Positions 48,384 to 62,199 are shown, counted from the first letter of the stretch. The stretch: 64,000 nucleotides of DNA from Macrostomum hystrix (GCA_950097015.1 CATNEN010000003.1:12338001-12402000); one strand, 5' to 3'. Notes: generated from the sequence alone by a model not told the origin. Program-made: numbers and translations.

Positions 48384-51300
48384 TTAGAAGGTCTTCCTGT
48401 GTACAGCACGCGGGCCTTCCTCGTCGTATTCCTTCTTGCTGACCCACATCCTGCGGAAGGTGTCCAAGGCGGCAAGGATTGAGCCGCCGATCCAGGTTGA
48501 GTAGAGGCGCTCCTGCGGTGCCGAGATCTTCAGGCGGTTGTCCTTGGGCACGAGGCGTTTCAGTTCAGCCAGGAGACGATCGCCGAAGCCTGCGAAGGGT
48601 TTGGGGTGGGCGTGCGCTTTGGCGGGGGGTAGAGAACCAATGCACATTCTGTGGGTTTGGCAGGGTGGGAACCGATGCACATTATGGGGGTTTGGCATGA
48701 TGGGAACCAATGTACATTCTGGGGGTTTGGCATTATGGGAACCAATGTACATTCTGGGGGTTTGGGAGGATAGGAACCAATGTACATTATGGGGGTTTGG
48801 CATTATGGGAACCAATGTACATTCTGTGGGTTTGGCAGGGTGAGAACCAATGTACATTCTGTGGGTTTGGCATTATGGGAACCAATGTACATTCTGTGGG
48901 TTTGGGAGGATAGGAACCAATGTACATTCTGTGGGTTTGGGAGGATAGGAACCAATGTACATTCTGGGGGTTTGGGAGGATGGGAACCAATGTACATTCT
49001 GTAGGTGTGGTAGGGTGAAAACCAATGTACACTCTGCGGGTTAGGCAGGATGGGAACCAATGTACATTCTAGGGGTTTAGTAGGAAGAGAAGCAAATGTA
49101 CATTCTGGGAATAGAATCTATCTGGTTCAGGTGGGGGCGACACTTCATCACGTACAAATAAATGTACAAGTCGCAATGCGTACTAGCGTAAGTTACGCAA
49201 TATTTTATTTATAATTTCGGCACCAACCTCGGAAGAGAGTGGATCCACCGGACACAACGATATTAGCGTAGAGTAGGCGCCTCAAGTCCATATCGGATCG
49301 CTGAATAGAATAGGCCAACACTTCGTGAATGCCTTCCCATTCCTCGCCAACTAATTCGGGTCTAAACAATAATTCCGGCGCGCGAAACGCGGCCGCGTTA
49401 ACCTCCAATTGGGAGCCATCCGGTAGGGAATAACTAATCCTCTCCGGGTCTAATTTCTCTTCGGTGACGGGATTAGCCGAGACGAAGCAGGCGCGCTCTT
49501 TGATCTGGCGCACGATTTCTAATTCGGCGCTAGTGTGAAAGCAGGCGCCCTCCTTGCGCAGCAGCAGCTGCAGATAGCGGGTGACATCGCGGCCGGCGAT
49601 GTCCACTCTCATGACGGCGTGCTGCAGGGCGAAGCCTTCGTAGATTGGCACGGCGTGGGTGACGCCGTCGCCGGAGTCGAGGACAACTCCGGTGGTGCGG
49701 CCGGTGGCATACAGTGACAGCACGGCCTGCATGGACATGAATAGGCCCGGAACGCCCAGGGTTTCAAAGAAAATCTCGGCCGTTTTTTCTCGATTTCTGC
49801 AACAAATAATTGAAGTAAAGAATTTTTAGTCACTGTAGGTATTTTGTGCCCATTTAGTTTGTTATTACATTAATTGATTTTACCTGCCCCAATAGGGCCA
49901 GATGTGCAGCCGACAGCACAGCCGCAGCCTGCTTCTTCGGCGGGTTTTTTGTGCAAAATAGGAGTGGAATCTACCAACATCCCCCCCTATCTCGCAAGAG
50001 TTAAAGAAACCACCCAGGAAGCAGCCGATGTAACCGTAAATTGTGCGGAAACCGCCGAAGAATCACCCGAACCAGTGGCCCATGGGACAACCAGAGAATT
50101 ATTTACGGGCGATTCCTCAGCGGTTTCTGAGCATGGAATCCTCCGAACTGGAGGATTCTTTGGGTGATTCCATTTCTCCACCAAGAAGCACCGAGAAAAC
50201 GTCCAGTTGGGTAGATTCTAAGCATGGAATCATCCGATTGGTATGTTTCCAGCGTTCGGCTGTTTCTTTTTCTGGAAACCATGCAGATTCCTCTGGAATC
50301 ACCCAAAGAAACATCCCTATTTTTTAGCGGGCCATGGACTGGGGGGCCGCCACACCCACCTTCAATTATCCCAGCTGATGCTGGCACCCATTTAACAGCT
50401 GGGTGAACTGAAGCAATGCAGAGTTAAGTGTCTTGCTAAAGGAAACAAATTGTTCCAGTGGAGTCGGGAATCGAACCTCCGACCTTCAAGCCGTGAGTCT
50501 GACGCACCAGGCTACAAGCTCTAACGTTATTTATAACGTTAAGCAAAACGTTATTACATAATGTTTGGTAAACTCTGCTAGTATTACCTTTACTGACGGT
50601 AGCGACCTTTTAATATTACCATCACTGCTGGGTAGCTTCGATTTTTTAATTGTTTTTTTTGTTGCCAATTTAGATCGCCAATTTTATCATTACCAAATAT
50701 ATTAGTAACTTCCGGCCTTACTACCGCGCCTGTTGGCAATTCAGGCTTTTAATACCGTATCCGTTGGTAATTTAGGTTCTTATTACATTGTCTGATGGTA
50801 TTTTAGATTCTTAATACCCTGTCTGTCGGTAATTTAGGTTCTTACTACCATGTCATTTGGGAATTTAGGTTCTTTTTACCGTCTCTATTTCGGTAATCAA
50901 GTGCCCTATTACCGAACTGTTGTATATCTATTTTTGGTAGTTAAGACTTGTTAGTCTGTTTAATTATTTAGTTTTGTTATTAACGTCCTTGTAAAAATGT
51001 GACATATTTTTTTGACTCACAGTTTTATAAATTCTGCAATTAATAAACTAAACGCAAACATTACTTATTATTATGCTGTCCTGTACATTTATACTTCAAC
51101 TACTTGTACAGGCGCGAATACACATATACTGATTAGGTCTTCCAAGCTAAGCGCGAACTGTAGAAATGCACAGCCAAAATCTTGCCGATCAATAAATCAC
51201 TACACGGGGAAGAGAAGAAAATCGATTGATTTTGTCTCTCGGGAAAATAACTGAGACGGAAGTGGAGCGCAGAGGCAGACAGCGAGGTAGTGAGAGCAAA

Positions 51301-54300
51301 CTAGACGCACCTTGCTTCAGTGTAGAGGAAATTCTACTAAGAATTGCTAAAATTGGAAATTGACAAACGAACAAACCCACCGAGGTTGGATATCACTTTT
51401 GGCAATCACATTTCTCAGCCTGACTAAAGTCAAAAAAAATTTATGCGGGGGAAATATAACATTTGAATCAAAAAGCTAAATCAAACTGAACATTCAGGTG
51501 AATCAAACTGAACATTCAGGTGAATCAAACTGAACATTCAGGTGAATCAAACTGAACATTCAGGTGAATCAAACTGAACATTCAGGTGAATCAAACTGAA
51601 CATTCAGATGAATCAAACTGAACATTCAGATGAATCAAACTGAACATTCAGGTGAATCAAACTGAACATTCAGTTGAATCAAACTGAACATTCAGTTGAA
51701 TCAAACTGAACATTCAGGTGAATCAAACTGAACATTCAGGTGAATCAAAATGAACATTCAGGTGAATCAAACTGAACATTCAGGTGAATCAAACTGAACA
51801 TTCAGGTGAATCAAACTGAACATTCAGTTGAATCAAACTGAACATTCAGGTGAATCAAAATGAACATTCAGGTGAATCAAAAAGAACATTCAGGTGAATC
51901 AAACTGAACATTCAGGCGAATCAAACTAAACATTCATGTGAATCAAACTGAACATTCAGGTGAATCAAACTGAACATTCATGTGAATCAAACTGAACATT
52001 CAGGTGAATCAAACTGAACATTCAGATGAATCAAACTGAACATTCAGATGAATCAAACTGAACATTCAGATGAATCAAACTGAACATTCAGGTGAATCAA
52101 AATGAACATTCAGGTGAATCAAAAAGAACATTCAGGTGAATCAAACTGAACATTCAGGCGAATCAAACTGAACATTCAGGTGAATCAAACTGAACATTCA
52201 GGTGAATCAAACTGAACATTAATGTGAATCAAACTGAACATTCAGGTGAATCAAACTGAACATTCAGATGAATCAAACTGAACATTCAGGTGAATCAAAC
52301 TGAACATTCAGGTGAATCAAACTGAACATTCAGATGAATCAAACTGAACATTTAGGTGAATCTAACCGAAGAGCTAAGTTACCTTCTAGGATTCAGTGGT
52401 GCCTCAGTTAGCAGTACAGGATGTTCCTCAGAATAAGTATTCAGCTGGTCCTTGCTATAGATGTACTGCCAAATTTTTTCCATATCATCCCAGCTGCGCA
52501 CAATGCCGTGTTCCATTGGATAGCGGATAGACAGTAAGCCGCGGTGCTCCTCAGCTTTGGGACCAATGAAAACGTCGCCTTCCAGTCCACCGGCCATCAC
52601 TCGGACATGCTTTGGTCGCCCGATGAAGTTAGAAAAGATGTGCTTTGGCACCTGATCACCAGCGAATCCTGCTTTGATAACGCCGCTGCCCTGTTTAAAA
52701 AATGTTTAAATAATTCTTTAACTATTTGTAAAATATATACCAGACTAGATATTATAATAATAAATAGCCCAATGTAAATAATTTACTTGCTTAAAATGTA
52801 CAACTATTTGCATTTCAAAAAAACTAGTTGTTAATGTAACAATATAGCAAAAAGTCTAGAAATAATTCTACTAGTATTGCTATTTCTGTATCTAGAAATA
52901 TTGTTTAATGTTACCTTATTTATTAGCAGTAGAAGTAATAAATTTAAATTAAAAAAAAAACTATTTAAAAACTTTATTAAAAAAACTATTTTAATAGATA
53001 AGCAGATAACATAGATCTATGTTATTCTAGCAAGCAATGCTATGCTAGCAATATGACCATAATCTTTAAAAGACTTATTTATGCATTGCTGCAACATACC
53101 TACATTTTAGGTGCTAGTCAATTTAAGTGCCATATCATATTTTTACATTGAATGGTGAACTGAATAATTTAAATGGGGGTATGCTGATTGACAATTGACT
53201 GTGAATTTATAAATATGAATCTGAAAGCTATATATAATGAAAAAATGTGTATAGTTTGTAATAATCTGCTCATGTACAAAGACATGACAGTGTAATATAT
53301 ATTACTGCGGCAACTGCTAAAGTTCATGATGTACATGATGTCATGACATGCCTACATGAAAAAGCATAATATAATAAAAACAATACAATGAATTTGAACA
53401 AAGATAATAACATTTGTATTTATATTTATTTAGACTGTTTGCTATAGCATGTACATTCTAGTGCTTTTGTAACATGGAATATGATATTTATATCCCTATG
53501 ATCTATTTAGATGCCATACTCCGGAAAGTGACTGGTACGCCGGAGATTTCCGGCGTACAAATGAGTTTTCCAAAAAATTGGCGTACCACTGATTTGAAAA
53601 AGCATTTGGCGTAACACCTTTGGCGTACCACCAAGCTGAAGCTGAATTGGCATAACACTTTTAGCGTACCATTGGCACCACCAGGCAAAAAAATTGTTGC
53701 TAGAGTAAAAACTTTTTGTAATTTTGCGTAAATTTTACAAAAGTATACAAGATACGACTATATCACACGACAATGTATTTTATGTAAAAAATTGCATATA
53801 TTTTTTCCTGCATTGTATAGCTTGATTATTCATTTTATAAATATATTAATAAAATAATTTAGCCTAGTATTATTGGTAAATAAATTTCTGAGCGCTGATT
53901 ATATCTGTTATTTTTTAATAATTGTTAAAGTTTGTCTGCCATATTTTTACCATTTTCAAAGTGCAATTTTTAGTGCCGCAATGTTATATACTGAGGGACC
54001 CCCACATCTTTCTTTTGGCGTACCACTGGCGTACCACTTGGGAATCCTCCTTTTTCCTTCCGGCGTACCACATTACACTATCCGGACTATGGTCTAGATG
54101 TTCATGTGCTTGGTTGCTTAACTCTAAACTCTAAGTATGAAATATACTGAGAAGAACTTTTTATGGTCCAAAAAATGTTTAGTGTTCCACTGTAACCAGG
54201 TTTTCTATCATAACAATTACTATCACTATAAGTAGACAAATTTTCCATAACACAATATTTCCATACCTTCATGTGCAACCTCCTAAACCTTAGCCAGCCA

Positions 54301-55508
54301 TGCGACTTAGTTTTTGCTCTATTTATGACTTAGTTTGCTCTCATTTGCTCTATTTTTCTCTCCCCTTTTTCTTCTTCTTCATGCCTTCCTTTTTTGTCCC
54401 TTGGTCTCCCCTTTGATTTTTTTGCACTTGGTTGGTTGGTTTTTGCGACTTAACCTTGCTTGGCCCTTGTTTCACCTGGCCAGTTTGGCCGGGTCAGCCG
54501 GGTGTTGCGCATGTATGTTTCCATAAGTCCAGATAGATTCAATAAGTAATGGCAAATTTTTATATCAACTAATGTTTTACTAAAATTATTGTTTTCGATC
54601 ATAACTATAACTTTTATACCATAAGTTGGCAGATTTTTTCAGCTCAAAAGTTATTATTTTTTTAACACAAGTTCGCCATAGTGTCAATATTTTATTTTTT
54701 CTGTTAGTTGTGTGTTTTAACAATAAATCACATCCACTACCGTTTATTTCATGCATATTTTATGCATATGCATATTTCATTCATGGTTTCATGCATAAAA
54801 CCAAAACTCTGGATCCTAGACACTTTGTCATCTTACACCTTCGTCATCCACTTGGAAGGTAGGACACTTCCTCATCCAGCCAATTAGCGTGCTTTAAAGT
54901 TTGGTCAGTTCATCATCTACTAATAACAAGCAATCTAGTTTGTCATCAATAAAGTGAGGGTGGGGTGGTGGGGCAGAGGTGTGAACAAAAAACAAAAAAT
55001 TCACTACCCAGATCTCAGAATATCAACTAGGCATCAGCAGCTAATAAAGCAATATAATTAAATAAAATATTAAAACGAACTACTGCATTGGTCTTACTGT
55101 AGTCCATTTCAGTCTACTGTGGTCCCATTGCAGTCCATTTCAGTGTTTAAATGAACCCAGCTAACCAGTGAATTTCTTAGGTTGTTAAATCATTTTGCTT
55201 AGCAAAATAGTCCTTAATATATTATTATAAATAAGCCATCGTTTGCTTGAACCCTTGAAGAAACTAGTCAAATTAGTTAGTCATTAGTCATTAGTTAGCA
55301 ATACTCCTATAGCCTATAAAGAGATAGATCAACAAAAACGTTTAGTTAATGTTATTATGTAGTAGGGCCCTTAAAATTAAATAACATGACAAGAAGTTTT
55401 CTGTGACAAGAGGCCATCAGAAAAATACAGAATAAAATTATATTCCGTTGTCTGACTTACATTATCAATTACAATGGGCTGATTTGCTATGACGTCGTAA
55501 GAGTCCAT
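48384..55508 (-). CDS. ACTR1: Centractin / actin-related protein 1 (dynactin subunit); exons 55508-55461, 52690-52383, 49796-49228, 48589-48384
   Basis: [16 protein letters not shown]|[16 protein letters not shown]...[16 protein letters not shown]...[25 protein letters not shown]...[24 protein letters not shown]...VHRKTF is diagnostic of ARP1; splice phases are consistent. Confidence 0.96.
48630..49110. repeat. Intronic 35-bp minisatellite GGAACCAATGTACATTCTGTGGGTTTGGCATTATG
   Basis: Direct degenerate array in ACTR1 intron 3. Confidence 0.93.
49860..50522 (-). mobile_element. SINE family A split by a ~380-bp GAATC/GATTC-rich insertion
   Basis: 50333-50522 matches the head/core and 49880-49928 the tail of 3985-4313; 49930-50330 is unrelated. 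Confidence 0.75.
51478..52362. repeat. Intronic 22-bp minisatellite AATCAAACTGAACATTCAGGTG
   Basis: Direct tandem array in ACTR1 intron 2. Confidence 0.97.
53515..54091. mobile_element. MITE with short TIRs and repeated subterminal GGCGTACCA motifs
   Basis: CATACTCCGGAAAGTG ... CACTATCCGGACTATG; several GGCGTAC(C)A motifs cluster at both ends. Confidence 0.65.
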
Positions 55509-57503
55509 TTCCAGAAATCAAATATAAGAATTATAAATAGATCAATCGAGGTCAAAACTTTTAATGAATTAGGAAGAGTTTCTGCAGATTTTCGATCGCA
55601 AACTTAACAAACCAGATGCCTAATAGAAACTTACTGAAGCTGAGCGTTGTAATTTAGTTATTTTTGTGAATGAACCTACAACAGGTGTAAAGCTAGTTGT
55701 TTGAGCGCCGAAGGCGTATCAGTTTAAAGATGTCGCATTTCAAAGAATTTTGTAAATTGGTTGTTTAAAACAAAGATTTGTGTATTTGATAGACATAAAA
55801 TAGCTTAAATATAAAATTTTATACTTTTATTTTGAAACTAGAATGGTTTGTGACACATTTAGTTCTTCCTGTTAACTTTTACAATAACGATAACTTGATA
55901 ATACATCGCGACTAGCAAACTTTGACTACTAAAAAGAATATTCTTCTTGTCCAAGCACGATTAATCATATCCTAGGATAAGTAATTTTTTTAGGCCGAGA
56001 AAATCTATGCAGTATATCGAGATCAAAAATAAAAATCAAATTAAGAAAACAAGCCTTCAAAATAGTGCCAAAATGTTTATAGCAAATTAAGACACCACAC
56101 GTCCGTACCACACATTTTTAATTTTACAGGTACACGTGTTGTAGGTAGCTTAACCCGTGAACAACTAAATAGCAAGGACCACTAGTAGGAGGGGAGGAGG
56201 GGAGTGACAAGGGAAGGAGGGAGTGATAAGGGAAGCAGGGGAGTGACAAAGGAATGAGACAATACCTGAAATAAGCGTTTAGAAGTCCTACTTTAGTAGT
56301 TCTAATATAGATTCGCGATATAGTCGATCCTTGCAGAGACAGCAAGCTGTTGAGAAAGTCGACTCCATTTTTTGCTTTTTTAGTAACAAAAATGCTGACG
56401 AATACCCGTACGAAAAGAGCAGAAAAATTAATTTAATTCGAGCTAATTCGTTGCATGATGTACTTCAGCATGCGTAAATGCACGTCAAAGGAATTCACAA
56501 AAGTAACTTGGGTTCACGAAGATATTTTATAAACTTGCATAATTTTTCAACCTTATGATAAAAAAATTGTTTCCAACTCTGAAACAAATTCTAACAATAA
56601 AAAGACAATGTATTACATTCTCCTTTAAGAGAGCTAGATAAATCTGGCACTGAGGAAAGACAGATTTGGTACAAGCCAGGTGCATTCTTAGTCAAAGTAG
56701 TTAAATGAAGTATGTATTAAAGTATGTAATGGATACATTTTAAATTTGCTAAATTAAGCCAGCATTATATGCACTCGCTACTTCGAACTGTAACATTGTT
56801 TGACAATTGTGTAGCGTTAAAATTAATAGCTACCAAATAAAATACTTAGTTCTATAGTCTAAATAGCGAGGTTAAACACAATACAATGAGTGTCATCTAC
56901 ATATTTAAATACTCCGTATTCTGGAGTTTTGAGTGCATGGTTCGATCTATAGTTTAAGAAACACAATCTTCTAAGAAAGAGCTCTTCCGATTGCAATTTA
57001 AGAGAAGAATTGAGCTATATATTACCATGCTAAAAGGGTAAGACGCTGCATGCATGCATAATCTTCAAGAGGCGAAATAGTTGGGCAATTAACAATGAGA
57101 GATGGAATAGACAGCCTAAGCAGAGCCGGAAAGCACAATGGCCACGAAGCGAGAGAGAGAGAGAGAGAGAGCAGAGTCGATTGCAAAAAACACAGTGTGC
57201 GGTTTGCAGAATTGGGCATGTTGACAATGCATATAGCTTCTTTATAGGACTGCATGGCATCCAACAATTGACAAAGATTAAAGATTACATACTCAGTTGC
57301 ATATATTTTCGCTCTCCTCACCATGGCTTTACACCGATGCGAAGAAAATAAATAGAGCACAGAAAAAATGATATCACACCTCCCCTGAGACAGCAGAAGA
57401 TATTAATATACAGCTCGTATTAGTAACCTACCTATTAAAGTGCTACTTAAGATTGAATCGATTGAACAAACTTCAAACTTAATAGATTCTGAAAACAATA
57501 ATT

Positions 57504-59924
57504 ATGACATCGAAGCATACTCCACCGGAGACAGTGCCTCATTCGGAAATTGCCAATCCTGCTAGTAGAAAGTTGAAGCATCAGTTGACAAAGTCACAGA
57601 GCCTCGACAGTCAGGATGACGGTGGGACTGTGCAGACACTCGGTGAGTTTAATTAGCTTTGTGAAAACTACTCAAATAAGAATAATTATTGTACTCGTAA
57701 TAACTAACTCTTTTATTTTCATACTGCGGATAATAAAGGAGGGGAGTGACAAGGGAAGGAGGGGAGTGACAAGGGAAGGAGGGGAGTGACAAGGGAAGGT
57801 GGGGAGTGACAAGGGAAGCGAGGGAGTGACAAGGGAAGCGAGGGAGTGACAAGGGAAGCGAGGGAGTGACAAGGGAGGCAGGTGAGTAACAAGGGAAGCG
57901 AGGGAGTGACAAGGGAGGCAGGTGAGTGACAAGGGAAGGTGGGGAGTGACAAGGGAAGGAGGGAGTGACAAGGGAAGGAGGGGAGTGAGAAGGGAAGGAG
58001 GGGAGTGATAAGGGAAGGAGGGGAGTGACAAGGGAAGGAGGGGAGTGACAAGGGAAGGTGGGGAGTGACAAGGGAAGCGAGGGAGTGACAAGGGAAGCGA
58101 GGGAGTGACAAGGGAAGCGAGGGAGTGACAAGGGAGGCAGGTGAGTAACAAGGGAAGCGAGGGAGTGACAAGGGAGGCAGGTGAGTGACAAGGGAAGGTG
58201 GGGAGTGACAAGGGAAGGAGGGAGTGACAAGGGAAGGAGGGGAGTGAGAAGGGAAGGAGGGGAGTGACAAGGGAAGGAGGGGAGTGACAAGGGAAGGAGG
58301 GGAGTGACAAGGGAAGGTGGGGAGTGACAAGGGAAGCGAGGGAGTGACAAGGGAAGCGAGGGAGTGACAAGGGAGGCAGGTGAGTGACAAGGGAAGCGAG
58401 GGAGTGACAAGGGAAGCGAGGGAGTGACAAGGGAAGGAGGGGAGTGACAATGGAATGAGAAAATACCTGAAACAAGCGCTAAAACCTTGCATACGGCAGG
58501 TGAGGACAATGGCCTAGGCCGGGTGCTGCTGGGCATTCGCTATCACTCGTCCAACTCCAGCCTGGAGGTTCGTATTGTTCGCGGTGAAAGCTTGCGCTGC
58601 TTCGACGGTAAGCAGCCGGCGAGTACGTATTGTTCGGTGACCTTTCTGCCGGATCGCACGGAGCCGGTTGTCACGGCAACAGTGGAAGCGATCGGCGGTT
58701 GTCCGCGATGGAGAGCCGCTTTCGTGTTTGAAAAGTTTCCAAAACTTTTGTCTTCAACAACGCGCAGCAACCAGCGCTGCCTGCTGGTGCAGGTGCACGA
58801 TCCCGCTTCTGGAGGCTTGGCGATTAGCGAGGCGACGCTGTTGCTAGGTAGGTAATCAGGCTGATTAGCGAAAAAGCATATTGTCCTTACGAGCGTAAAG
58901 GGGGTGAGTTGGCAGAGTGGTTAACGCGTCGGCGGGGCAGCGGCGGAGTGAAGGCTTGGGGGCTTGTCGTGCAATTTACGCTCACGAGGGCCAACCTCAA
59001 AGGCACAGTGGTAGTGTACACAGCCTGACGATGAGAAAGTCAAGTGTGTGCTCAGGAGTCAGCGAAAAGGGCGGAATGGCCTCCTCGCTGGCTGCGGGTC
59101 TATAGTGTCACCAAATGATGTACAATTGCCCGCAGTCCTCCAGCAATTATCATTATTAAACGGGCGTCGCTTTCTCTCCAAAGCTAATGTACAAGCCCCG
59201 ATGCGGACTCGAGCTCAGGGACTCTTTGCACGGACGCTTTACCGCTCCAGCCAATAGTGCTTTATTTTTTATTCCAGGAAACTGGACCCAGGAAGATGTT
59301 GAACGCGGCATTCGCATCTGGAAGTACTTAAACGGTACACAGGAGACGCAGCGAACTAGCAACAAGCAGGGCAACGCGTCTCTGACCCTGTTCTGCAGGT
59401 CGGATCGTTTCAAAGTGACATTGCACCGGATTGAGGATCTGAGTCCTCGATACATGGCCGCCAGCGAGACTCCAGATTTTCAGATTAAAATTCAAGCCAG
59501 CCTGATTGGTCGCGGCGTGATCAAGGAGGCCAGTTTTCGAGGTATTCGCGCGACGCCTGGCGGCGATGTGAACTTCTACGACGCCGAGTTCAGCGTGCGA
59601 CTCGGCAAGCAGCATCACAATGGCTCAGGAATTCAAGGGGCACCTTTTACTGTGCGGATAATGCTGGTTAAACCAACGGCTGGACAAGAACAGCAGCAGC
59701 AGCAGCAGATCTGCTGGCTAGAACTTGGATCCGATGTCAAACGGATGGACTGTCGCAGTCTTTACCAGTCGGTGATTGAGAATCCCAATCAGGCGCACAT
59801 TGTCACAGTGCGAATGAATCGTTCTCCGTTTCCGCCACCATTGGACAGTCCAGTTCCACAGCAGCAGCAGCAGCAGCAACAGCAACAGCATAAAAGCCAA
59901 AGTCATCACAAAAGCGAAGCCTAA
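57504..59924 (+). CDS. Divergent tandem-C2-domain (synaptotagmin-like) protein with polyQ; exons 57504-57642, 58500-58847, 59278-59924 (start uncertain)
   Basis: LGRVLLGIRY...LEVRIVRGESL...STYCSVTFLP...P.W...FVF...LLVQVHD is a C2A-like pattern; GNASLTL...FKVTLHRIEDL...LELG is a second C2-like domain; phase-1 GT-AG introns are consistent. Confidence 0.72.
57737..58450. repeat. Intronic 20-bp minisatellite GGAGTGACAAGGGAAGGAGG
   Basis: Direct array; a 3-unit version with the same 3' flank lies at 56190-56280. Confidence 0.96.
58900..59255 (+). mobile_element. SINE family B (+, 58900-59158) followed by an inverted head fragment (59160-59255)
   Basis: TGGCAGAGTGGTTAACG A-box; the body matches the reverse complement of 2013-2280; 59186-59255 matches 2292-2368 in the same orientation. 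Confidence 0.75.
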
Positions 59925-60213
59925 ACTGCTTTATTATCATGCGACAATTTTATTGTCAAAATATGGTCAAGATTCTAAGAAAAGATACTTCGTACAATAT
60001 TTAACTTATTCAGTTGGTTTGTTTAACTGTAGTTAAATCGTAGTAAAAATCTACGTTTTTTAATAACCTCCTTGTACAATATGTGTAATAAACCAAATAA
60101 GCGAATTAGAAAGATATCGATTTTTTGGTCTGGTTGTAAAAACCACCAATATAGGAATTGATAGAGTTGATAACGTTGATGAGTTCGTAAATTCAATACA
60201 AAGCTATTCAATG

Positions 60214-60325
60214 CAAATCGACAGCAAATATCATCAGCAAATCGACAGCAAATATCATTAGCAAATCGACAGCAAATATCATCAAAAAATTGACAGCAAA
60301 TATCATCAGCAAATCGACAGCAAAT
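60214..60325. repeat. Short 24-bp tandem repeat GCAAATCGACAGCAAATATCATCA
   Basis: About 4.5 direct copies. Confidence 0.9.
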
Positions 60326-61189
60326 TTATCTGGAATCAATAGTAGTATTTTACGAATTCAACAGCTTCAACAGTGACAGAAATCGACAGTAGGTCTGTCT
60401 CATTAGAAGACAGAGATGAGATGCTCTGCTTTCTAATCCCATGGAATGTGACCTAGCATAATTCGACTAGAGTTTTAACAAATTAAAGTCAACCGATTGT
60501 TGCCGAGAACAAAATTCGTCCTCGATGATTTTCCAGCCAATCACCGATCGCGACAGCCCACCCACCCCATCCCCCTAGATTCCATTCGAGCAAAAAAGTC
60601 CACTTCAAGAGAATAGAAGCAAGAAGAAAGTCCTATGCTCGCTTCTCTCTCGCACTCTTTAAGTTGTCCTCCGCGGCGTGCCCACGCAGAAGTTTTCGCA
60701 CCCGTGCTTGAGGCATTTCTCGCCGTTCGAATCCCAAATCCTAAAATACCCCATCCAGTCATTAAGCTTGTCCACTCTAACAAGGACCCACTTGTATACA
60801 GCAAGTAAAAAGAGGAGAAAAATAAGCAGATTCGCGTGGGCTTGTCTGATATATATTTTAGGATTCAACTTAAACTGCCCATGTTAAAGAATTAATCTTG
60901 TCAACTTATATAATCCTGTACTAGTAATCCAAACCGATACGCCAGAACTAAACTACACTACAATGAGTAGTAATTCTCAAGCGCTGCATAAGAAGCAATT
61001 AAGAACTTGTCAATTTGTGACAGAGCAGAAGCAAATACTTCTGCAGCTTCTGTTAATACTGCTGCTATTGCTGGCTACAATCTCTCCGTGTTTGTCTGGT
61101 AAGCCTTTGGTGAATAGAAAACACGTTTAATGCATACGCCATGACGAATCCATTATAGTACTGGAATACATTAAGAAGGTTACTTTAGT

Positions 61190-61803
61190 GGAATTGGGAT
61201 AACTGTAGAGGAATTGGGATAACTTTAGAAGAATAGGGATAACTTTAGAGATATTGGGATAACTTTAGAGGAATTGGGATAACTGTAGAGGAATTGGGAT
61301 AACTTTAGAAGAATAGGGATAACTGTAGAGGAATTGGGATAAGTGTAGAGGAATAGGAATAACTGTAGAGGAATTGGGATAACTTTAGAAGAATAGGGAT
61401 AACTGTAGAGGAATTGTGATAACTGTAGAGATATAGGGATAACTGTAGAGATATTGGGATAACTTTAGAGGTATTGGGATAACTTTAGAGGAATTAGGAT
61501 AACTGTAGAGGAATTAGGATAAGTGTAGAGGAATAGGGATAACTGTAGAGATATTGGGATAACTGTAGAGATATTGGGATAACTTTAGAGGAATTGGGAT
61601 AACTGTAGAGGAATTGGGATAACTGTAGAGGAATAGGGATAACTGTAGAGATATTGGGATAACTTTAGAGGAATTGGGATAAGTGTAGAGATTTTGGGAT
61701 AACTTTAGAGGAATTGGGATAACTGTAGAGGAATTGGGATAACTGTAGAGATATTGGGATAACTTTAGAGGAAATAGGATAACTGTAGAGATTTTGGGAT
61801 AAG
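61190..61803. repeat. 20-bp minisatellite GAATTGGGATAACTGTAGAG
   Basis: Direct tandem array. Confidence 0.97.
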
Positions 61804-62199
61804 TTTATGTTAGGATGAATATAGAGATACTTAAATAACTATCTTTCGGCTTTCATCATTTTGAAACCTAAGTTTAAAAAAATTAAGAAAAACCTCAAAA
61901 AATTGACTCACTCAAAATCTTGGGATTAGAATGCGGATGAGAATTTTTTTAGACAATTCTATAGGCTGCCCTGACCTTGGACACAACTTCCTTAATCGTT
62001 TCCGGTTTTGGGTTGGTCGCGAATGACAGTGGGGTGGGAGAGATTTGTTATAGGAAAACTTGCAATAAGGGAGTTTTGGCTAGGTGACATTGGGGATGAA
62101 AAAGGAATAAAAAATGACAGGAAGACCCACAAGAATTGACAGTGGATTTATTATTAGTGTTATAGAAAACTTATCAGACTTCAGGAGGCTGTCTGATAA

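Noticed and set aside
59025-59070. Hammerhead ribozyme (CTGACGA...GAAA) in SINE B
   Set aside because: The candidate stem II (tgag/ctca) is followed by GGAG rather than GAAA, and the copy at ~2190 reads CTTACGA.
60541-60887. GC-richer patch with short ORFs
   Set aside because: No recognisable domain or convincing splice-phase chain; left uncalled.
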